Source: an uncultured bacterium
GTDB taxonomy: Bacteria; Chloroflexota; UBA5177; JANWHV01
Length of the DNA: 64,000 nt
Direction: 5' to 3'
NCBI GenBank assembly: GCA_963827235.1
Contig: CAWHAE010000009.1
Location: 608,001-672,000, forward strand
The notes under the pieces were generated by a model that worked only from the letters and a program-made list of their open reading frames with translations, made no database searches and was not told where the DNA came from. A program made the position numbers and the translations under genes. Every line of letters starts with the position of its first letter. Positions within the stretch are counted from its first letter, which is position 1. This document shows, piece by piece, positions 9,643 through 19,729 of this stretch.

Positions 9643-9891
9643 ATGGAAGTGCATTTCAACTCTGACCTGCAGGCCAAGGTTGACCAATGGGCCGCTGACA
9701 CTGGTCGCCCGACCGATGAACTCTTCGCAGACGCGATGAGCGGATATTTCGCGACGCTTTCAGACGCGCGCGAGATGTTGGACTGTCGCCATGACGACCT
9801 CAAGAGCGGCAGGGTGCAACCTATCGACGGCGAAGAAGTCTACGCCCTCCTGGATGCCGAGACCGCGGCCCAGCGTGCGCGCTCGGCATGA
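9643..9891 (+). CDS. Type II antitoxin (ParD-like)
   Basis: 82-aa ORF with DDLKSGRVQPIDGEEV tail; ATGA overlap with downstream RelE/ParE-like frame. Confidence 0.7.
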   Translation: MEVHFNSDLQAKVDQWAADTGRPTDELFADAMSGYFATLSDAREMLDCRHDDLKSGRVQPIDGEEVYALLDAETAAQRARSA

Positions 9892-10199
9892 GGCGGTACG
9901 CGCTTCATCCTGGCGCGCTGCAGGACCTTCGCGAGATTCGGGCATACATCGCACCGGACAGCCTCGACGGTACGGACCGCGTGATAGACGAAATCGCCGA
10001 GCGAATCCGCATGCTGGCCCCGTTTCCGCAGCAGGAGCACTAGCGGCCTGACCTCACCACGCGGCCGCTACGGTTCACGCGCGTGTACGAGTATCTGATT
10101 GTCTACGCGCCCGATGAATCGCCGCTCTGGGTGGTCGCTGTGCTGCACGGCCGGCGCGACCCGAAGCTCCTCGCCGCGATTCTGCGGAACCGGGAATGA
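9888..10199 (+). pseudogene. RelE/ParE-family toxin with in-frame TAG at 10041-10043
   Basis: Manual translation MRRYALHPGALQDLREIRAYIA...FPQQEH*RPDLTTRPLRF...YLIVY...VVAVLHGRRDP. Confidence 0.8.
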
Positions 10200-10329
10200 G
10201 TTGGGAGCTTCACGGATGCCCTAGATGCTTCCCACTTGCATGTGCGTCACGGCGAGCTCGTGGAGCCTCCAGTTGCGAGGATGGCAGGGTACGGGCCGGG
10301 CGGGGTATCCACACCAGTGGGTCGTGATT

Positions 10330-10600
10330 GGGCGGGGGACGGTAGCCTCCTATGACGGTATTCCAGTGGAAGGCTGGAGCCTCTACGAAGCTCACATCCT
10401 CAACGTCGCGCTGAAGATGTGGAGTTCCTTCACGAAGGTGTGTACCGCGCTCCCGCATCCTTTGCCCGAGGATGGTGCGCCGCATAGACTCCTTGGTTAG
10501 CCGGACGAGCAGCAGTTCGACGGCAATCCTGGACGAGCTAACGGTAACGCCGACGCTTGGCGCCTTCTGCTCCAGGTTGATGAAGATGGCGAGAAGAGCT
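10330..10600 (+). pseudogene. Probable DUF1963/YwqG-like gene remnant
   Basis: PHRLLG*PDEQQ...AWRLLLQVDED resembles the recalled HxLLGYPDxxQ...WRLLLQxD motif; TAG at 10498-10500; boundaries approximate. Confidence 0.45.
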
Positions 10601-10602
10601 TG

Positions 10603-11364
10603 TCAGTTGGTCTCCAGAGGCCGGTCGGCGCGGGCGCGAAGCTTCGCCCAGGCCGGAGTAGCCAGGAAGCTATCGCCTGCGTGGGACCATGCCTCTTCCA
10701 GCATCGCGGTGGGCATGGCCAGCGTGGTGAGCGATGCCGGTAGGTGCACGCGAGCGGACGGATCGTGGAAGCCCCAGAAGGCTGCCGGTTTCTCCTCCCG
10801 CAGCGATCGCAGCGGAAGGGTCACCATCGAGCCGCACGCGGAGGCGAACCGCGCCACCACGCGCTGTTCCGCCATCGGATTGTCGTGGTGCAGCAGATAG
10901 ACGAGGGCGCTCAGCTGGTCCGGCGTGGCAAAGAATATCGCAACGTCGGGACGTTCATCTGCCGCGAAGCTCCCGAATGGCTTGAACACGGCTAGGTGGC
11001 CGGCAGGCGCGCTGAATCGCATGGCTTCCAGCCACTGCCGCGCCAGCTCCGGTGTGTGGATGAAGCGCTCAGGCTCACGTGACAGGCAGGGACCGCAGGA
11101 GAGAAACTGCTCGATTCCCTCGAATATCCACGGTGCGAATCCAAGGTAGAAGGCTGCGCACGGCCGGCCGCACGTGCCGGGCCCAACCGCGACGGTGGCC
11201 CCTCGCGCACAGGCGAAGATCAGCGAGGCAAGGCAGCCACCGGATCTCTTGAACTCGAGCGCACCCTGCGGCTTCTCGCGCGTATAGCGAAATCCGACGG
11301 GACGAAGGTGCATCCCCAGCACCGCGGCCAACTCGTCCGCGAAGCTTCCATCAATCGGGCTCAT
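10603..11364 (-). CDS. DUF169-family protein
   Basis: GC..S, CG.PCA..YLGF, PDVAIFFATPDQLSALV, SACG, GFHDPSAR patterns. Confidence 0.7.
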   Translation of the reverse strand: MSPIDGSFADELAAVLGMHLRPVGFRYTREKPQGALEFKRSGGCLASLIFACARGATVAVGPGTCGRPCAAFYLGFAPWIFEGIEQFLSCGPCLSREPERFIHTPELARQWLEAMRFSAPAGHLAVFKPFGSFAADERPDVAIFFATPDQLSALVYLLHHDNPMAEQRVVARFASACGSMVTLPLRSLREEKPAAFWGFHDPSARVHLPASLTTLAMPTAMLEEAWSHAGDSFLATPAWAKLRARADRPLETN

Positions 11365-11841
11365 ACAGGTGCCCTCCCACGGGTACGTCCGCCGAAGCGC
11401 GCGTGCCGCGCCATGGTGTGGTCGCGGACTCGGGAAGCGCCGTTCCGTGGCACGCCGCGTCCAGAACTACCCTAGCACGGAGGATGCCGGGGCACAAGCC
11501 GCTCGAGAATGCGCCCATGATCGCGATCGATTACCGTCTGGGCCACTGGGCGACGGTATAGCGGCTTGCCGTAGCATTTGACTTGTCCGAGGCAGCGGCC
11601 CCAGACGATGATGGCGGAGAATGGCGCCTGCGCCGGTGCTCTTCTCCGTGAGCTCACAAAGACAGCCAACTATGGAGGCAGGCTGGCGTTCGTGGCGGGG
11701 CCATGTATCGGACGACGCTTCGATAGTGGCCCGGGCTGGGTCACAGTGCCGGCACTGTCCGCAGCGCGCGCATCCCTGGTACAGACAGCCGGCAGGCTCT
11801 CCTGTTAGGATTGATGCGTGCGCGGCAAGGCTGGGCACACT

Positions 11842-13014
11842 ATGTCTGGGAAGAGGGCAGGAGTGCCGGGACGGTGGCCGCCGAGAGTAGGTGAGCGCGA
11901 ATGGACGCTCATCCTTGCTGCTTTCTTCTTCATGAACTGCGGCTGGGCTACCTATTCGGCGCTCTTCACCAACTTCGTCTCCCAGGATCTGCATATCCAT
12001 CCCAGCCAGCTTGGCCTCGTCGAATCGCTCCGCGAGGTGCCCGGGTTCCTCACCGTGGTGCTGGCCGCTCTGACCGTGCGTCTGCGCGAATCGCGCGTCA
12101 CCGCGCTCGCGCTGCTCATTCTAGGCATCGGCCTCATGGGTTATTCGACCGCGACCGGCCTGGCCACCCTGATCGCGATCACCATGTTCGGCAGCATCGG
12201 CTTCCATCTGTTTAACCCGCTCAGCTCCGGCCTCGTCCTGGGACAGGCAGGCGAGCACAACCGCGGCACCAAGATGGGTCAAAGCAACACGGTCGGTGCC
12301 GTCGGCACGCTGCTTGGCACGGCCCTGGTGCTTGCGCTGGTCATCCCGCTGGGCCTGCGCGGCAGCTTCGTCCCCGCCGGGGCATTGGTGCTGGTGGGAG
12401 CCGTCTGCCTGTGGCTCCTGCACGATCAGGAGGCCGCGCCGCGAATCAGCATCATATTCCGGCGCCGCTATCTGACCTACTACGCGCTTACCTTGCTGGA
12501 CGGCAGCCGGCGTCAGATATTCGGCACGTTCGCCGTGTTCCTGCTGGTCAGGAACTATCACGTGGGCGTGCAGTCGATCACCGTGCTCCTGCTGTTCAAC
12601 ACGGTGGTCACCATGATCTTTGCGGTACCGATCGGTCGCATGATCGATACCTACGGCGAGCGTGCCGTGCTGGTAGGCAACTACATCCTTCTGGTCTTCC
12701 TGTTTTCCGGCTACGCGCTGGTCCACGCCGTGGTACTGCTGGGCATCCTGTTCTGCATCGACAACATGCTGTTCTGCTGCGGTGCGGCCATCACCACCTA
12801 CTTGGGCAAGATCGCGCCGCGCGATGAGATGACGCCGACCCTGGCCATGGGAGGGACGGCTAATCATGTCGCGGCGGTCAGCGTGCCCGTGCTCGGCGGC
12901 ATCGTATGGGATCACTTCGGCTACCAGGTCACCTTCTTCGCCGGAGCCGCGACATGTATCCTCTCTATCCTGGTCGCGCTGGCTGTTCGTCCACCTGCCC
13001 GCGGTGATCGATAG
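11842..13014 (+). CDS. Major facilitator superfamily transporter
   Basis: ~12 TM segments; ESLREVPG and GRMIDTYGER motifs. Confidence 0.88.
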   Translation: MSGKRAGVPGRWPPRVGEREWTLILAAFFFMNCGWATYSALFTNFVSQDLHIHPSQLGLVESLREVPGFLTVVLAALTVRLRESRVTALALLILGIGLMGYSTATGLATLIAITMFGSIGFHLFNPLSSGLVLGQAGEHNRGTKMGQSNTVGAVGTLLGTALVLALVIPLGLRGSFVPAGALVLVGAVCLWLLHDQEAAPRISIIFRRRYLTYYALTLLDGSRRQIFGTFAVFLLVRNYHVGVQSITVLLLFNTVVTMIFAVPIGRMIDTYGERAVLVGNYILLVFLFSGYALVHAVVLLGILFCIDNMLFCCGAAITTYLGKIAPRDEMTPTLAMGGTANHVAAVSVPVLGGIVWDHFGYQVTFFAGAATCILSILVALAVRPPARGDR

Positions 13015-13187
13015 CCGGTCTGGTCATGCTCCGGCACATGATCGAGGTGTCGATCCCGCTCCTCAGGTGAGCGCTGAACCCGTTGCTCGACGCGGGCGGG
13101 GTTTCTGCACACACGCGGTAGGTTGACCGGCTCGCACAGGCCACATATACTATGAAGCATAGTATGGCTGAAAGGGCGGGCTGCGCT

Positions 13188-13463
13188 ATGGCGACGACGA
13201 CAAGCATCCGCATGCCGGATGAGGTGCATGCGCAGTATGAAATGTTGGCGAAGGCGACCGGGCGCTCGCGTAACGAGTTGATGGTGGCCGCGCTCCGTAC
13301 CGCTGCTGAGCAGCAGTTGCGCGAGATCGCCATGATCCACGAGGGCGTCGAGCAGGCGCGCGCCGGTAGTGGCATCCCCATCGAGGACGTCGTGGCCCAA
13401 TTCCAGGCCGAGGGCATGCTTCCACCCGACTTCGCGCTCGGCACGGACCAGGCCACGGTGTGA
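13188..13463 (+). CDS. CopG/RHH-family antitoxin
   Basis: TTSIRMPDEV...LAKATGRSRN ribbon-helix-helix; GTGA overlap with toxin. Confidence 0.82.
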   Translation: MATTTSIRMPDEVHAQYEMLAKATGRSRNELMVAALRTAAEQQLREIAMIHEGVEQARAGSGIPIEDVVAQFQAEGMLPPDFALGTDQATV

Positions 13464-13735
13464 CGGTCCATCTGATGCCTGCAGCACAGGACGACATCCG
13501 TGCTGCCTACCGCTACTATGCGGAGCGTAGCCCGCAGGCCGCGGACCGGGTCGTCGGCGCGATTCTCAATGCCTGCAACGGCCTGGCCGAGTTTCCTCTG
13601 CTGGGCCGACCCGGACTGGTGGGGGGGACGCGAGAACGGCTAGTGACACGCTTCCCGTATCGCATCATCTATCAGATTACCGGCGAGACTATCGAGGTGC
13701 TCCGCGTGCTCCACACCACCAGGCGCTGGACGTGA
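13460..13735 (+). CDS. RelE/ParE-family toxin
   Basis: AQDDI...FPLLGRPG.V.GTRE....FPYRIIY......VLRVLH. Confidence 0.88.
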   Translation: MTVHLMPAAQDDIRAAYRYYAERSPQAADRVVGAILNACNGLAEFPLLGRPGLVGGTRERLVTRFPYRIIYQITGETIEVLRVLHTTRRWT

Positions 13736-13827
13736 AGATTACCCTCGCGTAGACAGCAAGCCCTCCCGCTTCAGCGCTATCCTTCACACAGCACACTTCG
13801 GCGATCTCCTGCTTTCGACAGAGGGGC

Positions 13828-14871
13828 GTGATGGGTAGAGATAACGCGAAACAGTCACACCAGCGACAGAGTTCTCGTCAGACGAACCCGGTGGTGGTAA
13901 CCGACTTCCCCGGTTTCGAGCAGCCGGACCTCGAACGTCTCTATCGGAAACTGGGGAACGATCACGTCTTCATCGTGGGGGGCTACGATGCCCTCCGCGT
14001 CGCTCTCGAGCAACACCCGGAGACCGATGTGCTGTGCACGGGCTCTATACCCGACGACCTCACCACGCTGGCGCCGAACCTGCGCTGGATCCAGCTCCCG
14101 TCCGCGGGGGCGGATCACATCATGCGGAGCGGACTGCCGCTCTCGCGACTGCCACTGATGATCACCACGTCGAGTGGCATCCACGCCACCCCCATCACGG
14201 AGTATGTGTTCAGCAGTCTTCTCCTGCACGCCTGGCACTGGCGCAGACTGCTCGCGCTCCAGCGCGACCGCACCTGGGCCGACGACAGCGAGCGGGCGAG
14301 TCTGCGCGGCTTCGAGCTCTTCGGCACGACGATCGGCATCGTAGGCGTGGGCCACATCGGCCGCCAGATCGCCCGCCTGGCACACGCCTTCGAGATGCGC
14401 GTGCTCGGCATTCGGCGCTCGGCTCACAGCGGCGAGCAAGATCCGGACGTCGACATGCTCTATCCACCTGAGCAGCTCCGGGTGATGCTGAGCCAGTGCG
14501 ACCACGTGGTAGTTGCCACGCCCAGCACCCCCGAGACGCACCACCTGATCGGGGAGGGAGAGCTGCGATCCATGCGGCCGCATGCCTACATCATCAACAT
14601 CGCGCGCGGCGACGTGATCGATGAGTCCGCGCTCGTACGCGCCCTGACACAGCACTGGATCGGCGGCGCGGGACTGGACGTCATGGAGCAGGAACCGCTC
14701 AGCCCCTCGTCCCGCCTGTGGTCGCTGCCCAACGTCTATCTCTCGCCGCACATTTCCGGTGCCACGCGGCGGTACGGCTCCCTGCTGATGGATCTGTTCC
14801 TCGAAAACCTTCGCCTCTACCAGAATTCGGAGCCGCTGCTCAACGTGCTGGACCCCTCGCGGGGATACTAA
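13828..14871 (+). CDS. D-2-hydroxyacid dehydrogenase (NAD-dependent)
   Basis: GVGHIG, NIARG, LDV..EPL, SPHISG motifs. Confidence 0.9.
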   Translation: MMGRDNAKQSHQRQSSRQTNPVVVTDFPGFEQPDLERLYRKLGNDHVFIVGGYDALRVALEQHPETDVLCTGSIPDDLTTLAPNLRWIQLPSAGADHIMRSGLPLSRLPLMITTSSGIHATPITEYVFSSLLLHAWHWRRLLALQRDRTWADDSERASLRGFELFGTTIGIVGVGHIGRQIARLAHAFEMRVLGIRRSAHSGEQDPDVDMLYPPEQLRVMLSQCDHVVVATPSTPETHHLIGEGELRSMRPHAYIINIARGDVIDESALVRALTQHWIGGAGLDVMEQEPLSPSSRLWSLPNVYLSPHISGATRRYGSLLMDLFLENLRLYQNSEPLLNVLDPSRGY

Positions 14872-14955
14872 TATCCTGACCGTATGTCCGGCTGCAGCTC
14901 TCCGCGATCGCGCGGGGATAGCGGCAGGCGCGTCGCTCACGGTGCAGGGGACTGC

Positions 14956-16152
14956 ATGGAGCAGGTAGGAGACCATGACACGACCGGCGGCGACACGCCG
15001 CGAACGCGTGCGCGCGCCGTCAAAGAAATCGCGCGCGCGGCGGGCTTCGATGTAGTGGGCATCGCCGCCGCCGCGCCCTTTGAGGAAGCGCGCCGCTTTT
15101 TGCGCGACCGCATCGCCGCGGGTGTCTTCTCGGGCCTGACCTGGTTCACGGCCGAGCGCGCCGACACGGCCGCCGATCCCGCCAACCTGCTTCCGGGCGT
15201 TCGCTCGATCGTGGCCGTGGCAATGTCCTACCGCACGATCGAGCCCGAGGATGCCGGCGACAATCTGCCGCGTGGCCGCATCGCGCGCTACGCGTGGGCG
15301 CGGGACTACCACACACTGCTCAAGAAGCGCATGCGCTCGGTCGCCGGCATTCTACAGGAGCGGTTTGGCGCCGGCGAGTGCCGCACGCTGGTAGACACGG
15401 CGCGGATCGTGGACCGAGCAGTGGCCCAACGCGCGGGAACGGGATGGTACGGGAAGAACACCAACGTGATCAACCCCATCTTCGGCTCGTGGATTCTGTT
15501 GGGCGAGATCCTGACCTCGCTGGATCTGGAGCCGGACCAACCGCTGCGCAAACACTGCGGCGCGTGCACGCTCTGCATCCATGCCTGCCCAACGGGCGCA
15601 CTCACCGGTCCATACGAGCTGGACAACAACCGCTGTATCTCGTACTTGACCATCGAGCACCGGGGGCCGATTCCCCGAGAGTTACGCGCCTTGATCGGCG
15701 AGTGGGTGTTCGGCTGCGACGTCTGCCAGGATGTGTGTCCCCCCGCGCTCAAGGGAATATCGGTGAATCACCCCGCCTTTCAGGCCGCCGATCCGGACGC
15801 GGCGCGACCGGCGCTGATCCCGCTGCTGCGCATCAGCGAGGTGGAGTTCAGGCGCCGGTTCTCCGGCAGCCCGATCACGCGCGTCAAGCGCGAGGGACTG
15901 CAGCGCAACGCGGCGGTAGCTCTGGGCAACAGCGGCGACCCGCGGGCGGTGCCGCCGCTGATCGACGCGCTCAGCCTGGCGACGGCGCTCGTGCGCGGGC
16001 ACGCGGCCTGGGCCCTGGGTCGACTGGGCGGCGACGCTGCCGTGGAGGCGTTGCGGCAGGCGCTCGGCCGCGAGACAGATCCCTGGGTGCGCGAAGAGAT
16101 CTCGCTGGCGCTCGCCGAGCCCGGCGCCATGATGGGCATCCGGTCGCGCTAG
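14956..16152 (+). CDS. queG: tRNA epoxyqueuosine(34) reductase with C-terminal HEAT repeats
   Basis: IARYAWARDYH, CGACTLCIHACPTGA, CISYLTIE, GCDVCQDVCP. Confidence 0.92.
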   Translation: MEQVGDHDTTGGDTPRTRARAVKEIARAAGFDVVGIAAAAPFEEARRFLRDRIAAGVFSGLTWFTAERADTAADPANLLPGVRSIVAVAMSYRTIEPEDAGDNLPRGRIARYAWARDYHTLLKKRMRSVAGILQERFGAGECRTLVDTARIVDRAVAQRAGTGWYGKNTNVINPIFGSWILLGEILTSLDLEPDQPLRKHCGACTLCIHACPTGALTGPYELDNNRCISYLTIEHRGPIPRELRALIGEWVFGCDVCQDVCPPALKGISVNHPAFQAADPDAARPALIPLLRISEVEFRRRFSGSPITRVKREGLQRNAAVALGNSGDPRAVPPLIDALSLATALVRGHAAWALGRLGGDAAVEALRQALGRETDPWVREEISLALAEPGAMMGIRSR

Positions 16153-16205
16153 CCTGCAACTGCTCGTTACATCGAGAACGGCAACGCACGCGCGGTGCCA
16201 CTGCG

Positions 16206-16510
16206 CTAACTGTCGAGATGGGCCATCTGCGCGGCATCGTAGCGGTCCCCGGCAGGGGCGCCCTGCGGCACGGCCTTGTCGATCCGCTCGAGATCGTGCG
16301 CCGCGAGGTCGAGGTCGCGCGCTCCCGGTGCCTCGTTCAGGCGGTCACGGCGGCGCGCCCCGACCACGGGCACGATATCCCGGCCGCGGGCAAGCACCCG
16401 GGCAATGGCCATCTGGGCGACGGTGACGCCTTTTCATCCGCCACCGCACGCAGGGCATCGACCAGCGCCAGGTTGCGATCGAGCCATGTTCTCTTCCTGG
16501 TAGCTCCGCT
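16206..16510 (-). pseudogene. Aldo/keto reductase C-terminal fragment with frameshifts
   Basis: NLALVDALRAVADEK / GVTVAQMAIARVLARGRDIVPVVGARRRDRL...GDRY split across frames; N-terminal two-thirds missing. Confidence 0.75.
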
Positions 16511-16725
16511 GCCCGCTGTTCTCCCGGCCAATCACCCTGGTAGTCCCGGGCCGTGCCTGCAGTATGCGCGAGGGCGACGTACATGTGAGGACACGGGACA
16601 CCGACTTCTTCGGCACTGGCGTTGCAACCTGTACGAGCGATCGCGTCGAGCTCTTTCTCGCTCCGCGGAATGAGCCGAGCTAGCATCTGCATGGGCCAAC
16701 CAGATCGCGCGTTTCGCAACGCGGG

Positions 16726-17211
16726 CTACGACATGCCCTCTGCCTTGCGCTCGTACGGCTCCCAGGGAGGAATGGGCTCGTGCACGTTGAACGTGCGCTG
16801 CTCAAAGCACCGCACCTGATCCCGAAAGGCGTCGCCGATCGGCGCCACCCGCTTGCTCTGGTGATCGAAGACCGTCTGCACCGTGCGCCCTTCGGCGATC
16901 AATCGACTGTCTGCGCTCCGGCAGATGCGGTACTCGAACGCGAAGCTGCTGCGGCGCATGTGACTCACGCGCACGCCGACCTGCAGGATGTCGCCCAACA
17001 GAGCAGGAGTGCGATAGCGACAGACGGCTTCCACGATCACGAGCTTGATGTCGTCGATGCTCACCGGCTTCCTGGAAACGGTCTGCAGATACTTGATACG
17101 GGCAATCTCGAAGTAGGTGAAATAGGTGACGTTGTTGACGTGGCCGAGAGCATCGAGATCGCTGAACCGCACCTCGATCGGAATGGCCAGCCTGAACGGG
17201 TCTTGGCCCAT
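16726..17211 (-). CDS. Acyl-CoA thioesterase (4HBT-like hotdog fold)
   Basis: VRFSDLDALGHVNNVTYFTYFE. Confidence 0.88.
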   Translation of the reverse strand: MGQDPFRLAIPIEVRFSDLDALGHVNNVTYFTYFEIARIKYLQTVSRKPVSIDDIKLVIVEAVCRYRTPALLGDILQVGVRVSHMRRSSFAFEYRICRSADSRLIAEGRTVQTVFDHQSKRVAPIGDAFRDQVRCFEQRTFNVHEPIPPWEPYERKAEGMS

Positions 17212-17218
17212 AGGTGCT

Positions 17219-19690
17219 CTACTTCAGACGTAGCAGGAACACGCCGTCGGTCGAGCCCGCGTAGAGAATCTCGCTGGGCCCCGGGCGCATCACCAGATTG
17301 AAGATCGTGCTGGGCATGTGCGTGCCGAGCGGCGCCCAGTTCGTGCCGCCGTCGACCGTGCTGTAAATACCCCCGCCGCCCGTGCCCAGGTACATGTGCC
17401 CGAGTGAGCGATGCTCGGGAAGCAGCGCGTTCACCGTCACGTTGCCGGGAATGCCTGCCGGCGGCGACCAGGGGCCGTTGAGCGACGTTGCTATCCAGGC
17501 GCCGCTGCCCGCGCCCGCTACCAGCCGGGACACCGGACCGTCGAGCCAGGCAAGCGCCGCCACGCCGCCTCCGGCTGCCGGGGCTCCGCCGGCGGCGTGC
17601 CACGCGGCAGCGTCGGCACCGCCCTCGTAGAAGCGCCAGGATCCCCGCTCTACGCCGGCCAAGAACTGGCCATCGCGTGCCGACCAGTAGACCGTGGCTA
17701 TGCCGTCGTTGCCGCCGGCCATTACCAGATGCCAGTGCCGGCCGTCGTCGATACTGCGAAAGATGCCGTCATCACCGGCCGCAACCAGCACGCGGCCGTG
17801 CTGGGCCAGCGCGCGGAGCGGGCGATGGCCGAACGGCCGGATCAGTGCGTCCCAGTGGCGGCCCGAGTCGTAGCTACGGTACAGATGCCCGTCTCCGGCC
17901 GCGGCCAGCAGCCCGCGACCGCCGTCCAGCGGCAGCAGGTTGTAGATAGCCAGCTTGTCGAGGGCGGTGCCCGTCCTGAGCCACGTCTGCTGATCGTTCG
18001 TGCTCACCCACACGCCCGCGCCGGTGGCTGCCCAGAGCGTGTGGCGATTCCCGGGCTGGAACAGCACGCGATAGACCGCGATGCCGCGCAGGCCGGCCGA
18101 TTCCCACGATCCACCGTGCAGTGCCGGCACCGAGGCCGCCGTCGACGGCAGCGCGGCAACGGCCGGCGGCGTGTCGGACCAGAGCGCGGCGGTAGCACCG
18201 ACCACCAGCACGCCAACGGCTGCGTCGGCGCGGAAGATGCGGCCCAGCCGCTCGAGCGCGGCGAGCGTTTCCACGCGTTGTCGCAGTCCCCAGACGCGTT
18301 CGACGTAGCCGCGCTGGATCGCAAGGTTGTAGATGGTCAGCAGGAGCACGGCAGCCACGAGGAGCAGCTTGAGAAGGAGCGTGCTGCCGTAGGCGTTGCC
18401 GCTCAGCCCGGACCGCGTGCCGACCTGTGTCTGAGCGGCAAAGAGACCAGTGGCGATCAGGATAGCGATACCGGCGCCGGCGAAGACCAGATGGCGGCGC
18501 ACCAGGCCGAGGATCAGCGGCGCCCGGTGGTCGAGATCGATGTCGTCCAGGGCAGGCAGGGCGACCACGGCGATGTAGAACATGGATCCAACCCAGACCG
18601 CTGCGCCCACGTCGTGTGTCCAGGACAGCACGATCGCGGAAAGCGTGATCGCCGGCACTGCCGCGGCGTGACTTACGGCCGCCAATAGAAACAGGAAGAG
18701 CACGGACGCGACGATCTGGCCTCCGGGCGGCGATCCGCTGGACTGCGGCTGCGCCATGGCGGACCGGACCGAGCGCGCGATGGAATCCGTGCTGACGGAC
18801 GGCGATCGGGCGCGCCGGGACGTGCTCGAGGGTAACCGCTCGACCAGGACCGCGACCAGCAACACCAGCAAGGAAACGACCCGGGCTAGGCCCAGTCGTC
18901 CGCCGAAGAGGCCGGTCACGCTGCCGCCAAGCGACACTCTGCCCGCGATCCAGAGCTCCGTGGCCGCCAGCAGCCAGCTCAGCAGGAGAAGCACGATCAG
19001 CAGGCGTGGAATCACGACGCGAAAGCCGTCCGCGCGCCTGCCAACGACAGGTAGCCAGGCGTCTTCGCGCGCGATCGCGGCATGCGCGGGAGCGCCGCCC
19101 GGGGCAGCCTCCAGCAGGGCGCCGCCGGCCCAGGCCAGCGCGGCGAGCAGCAGCAGCCAGCGGACGAGCGCGGAAAAGAAGGTGACGGCGCGCAGCGCGG
19201 TGGCATGATGCGCTTCCACGCGTGCGCTCAGATCGCCGGCTGCCGAGACATAGCCGACGGCAAAGTCGAAGGCGCCCACCACCACGTTGCCGTCTGCTGC
19301 CGAGACCGAGCTCCAGTACACTCTGTAGGTGCCGCCGCCGCGCGAGCGCAGGCGCACGGTCAGCGACTGGTGGTTGGGTGTCTGCGCCGGCGCACCCTCG
19401 ATCGCGCTGCTGCCGTCGGGACCGCTGATCCGCAGGTCGGATTGGCCGGCAACGAGGTCCGAGCTGAAGGTCAGGCGGAGGGTCGAGGGCATTGTGGGCA
19501 GCAAGCTGCCGGGAGCAATGCTGGAGCGCACGGCCACGGCCTGCGCATGCGCGCTCTGCGGCCTGCCCGCGATCAGCAGTGCCAGTAACGCGACTGCCAG
19601 GATGGTCGTGACGCGGACGCGCGGGGCTACTCTTCTAGCACGGCGGCTTGCCGGCGTAATGGGCGCGTGCCGGGATCTGCTCAGAGGCAC
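17219..19690 (-). CDS. CopC-CopD fusion with C-terminal BNR/Asp-box beta-propeller
   Basis: CopC-like LTFS..L...Y.V.W..VSA.DG; CopD-like TMs (SHAAA, AVWVG, YG..LLLKL); SYDSGRHW, SIDDGRHW, STVDGGTNW boxes; start approximate. Confidence 0.75.
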   Translation of the reverse strand: MPLSRSRHAPITPASRRARRVAPRVRVTTILAVALLALLIAGRPQSAHAQAVAVRSSIAPGSLLPTMPSTLRLTFSSDLVAGQSDLRISGPDGSSAIEGAPAQTPNHQSLTVRLRSRGGGTYRVYWSSVSAADGNVVVGAFDFAVGYVSAAGDLSARVEAHHATALRAVTFFSALVRWLLLLAALAWAGGALLEAAPGGAPAHAAIAREDAWLPVVGRRADGFRVVIPRLLIVLLLLSWLLAATELWIAGRVSLGGSVTGLFGGRLGLARVVSLLVLLVAVLVERLPSSTSRRARSPSVSTDSIARSVRSAMAQPQSSGSPPGGQIVASVLFLFLLAAVSHAAAVPAITLSAIVLSWTHDVGAAVWVGSMFYIAVVALPALDDIDLDHRAPLILGLVRRHLVFAGAGIAILIATGLFAAQTQVGTRSGLSGNAYGSTLLLKLLLVAAVLLLTIYNLAIQRGYVERVWGLRQRVETLAALERLGRIFRADAAVGVLVVGATAALWSDTPPAVAALPSTAASVPALHGGSWESAGLRGIAVYRVLFQPGNRHTLWAATGAGVWVSTNDQQTWLRTGTALDKLAIYNLLPLDGGRGLLAAAGDGHLYRSYDSGRHWDALIRPFGHRPLRALAQHGRVLVAAGDDGIFRSIDDGRHWHLVMAGGNDGIATVYWSARDGQFLAGVERGSWRFYEGGADAAAWHAAGGAPAAGGGVAALAWLDGPVSRLVAGAGSGAWIATSLNGPWSPPAGIPGNVTVNALLPEHRSLGHMYLGTGGGGIYSTVDGGTNWAPLGTHMPSTIFNLVMRPGPSEILYAGSTDGVFLLRLK

Positions 19691-19729
19691 CAGACTCTCC
19701 CATGGTGGCGGCCGGAGCCAGAGACATCG

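Noticed and set aside
10041-10500. Amber recoding suggested by two nearby in-frame TAGs
   Set aside because: Many intact genes here (e.g. the response regulator, argS, infA) end in TAG, and no pyrrolysine genes are present; local decay is simpler
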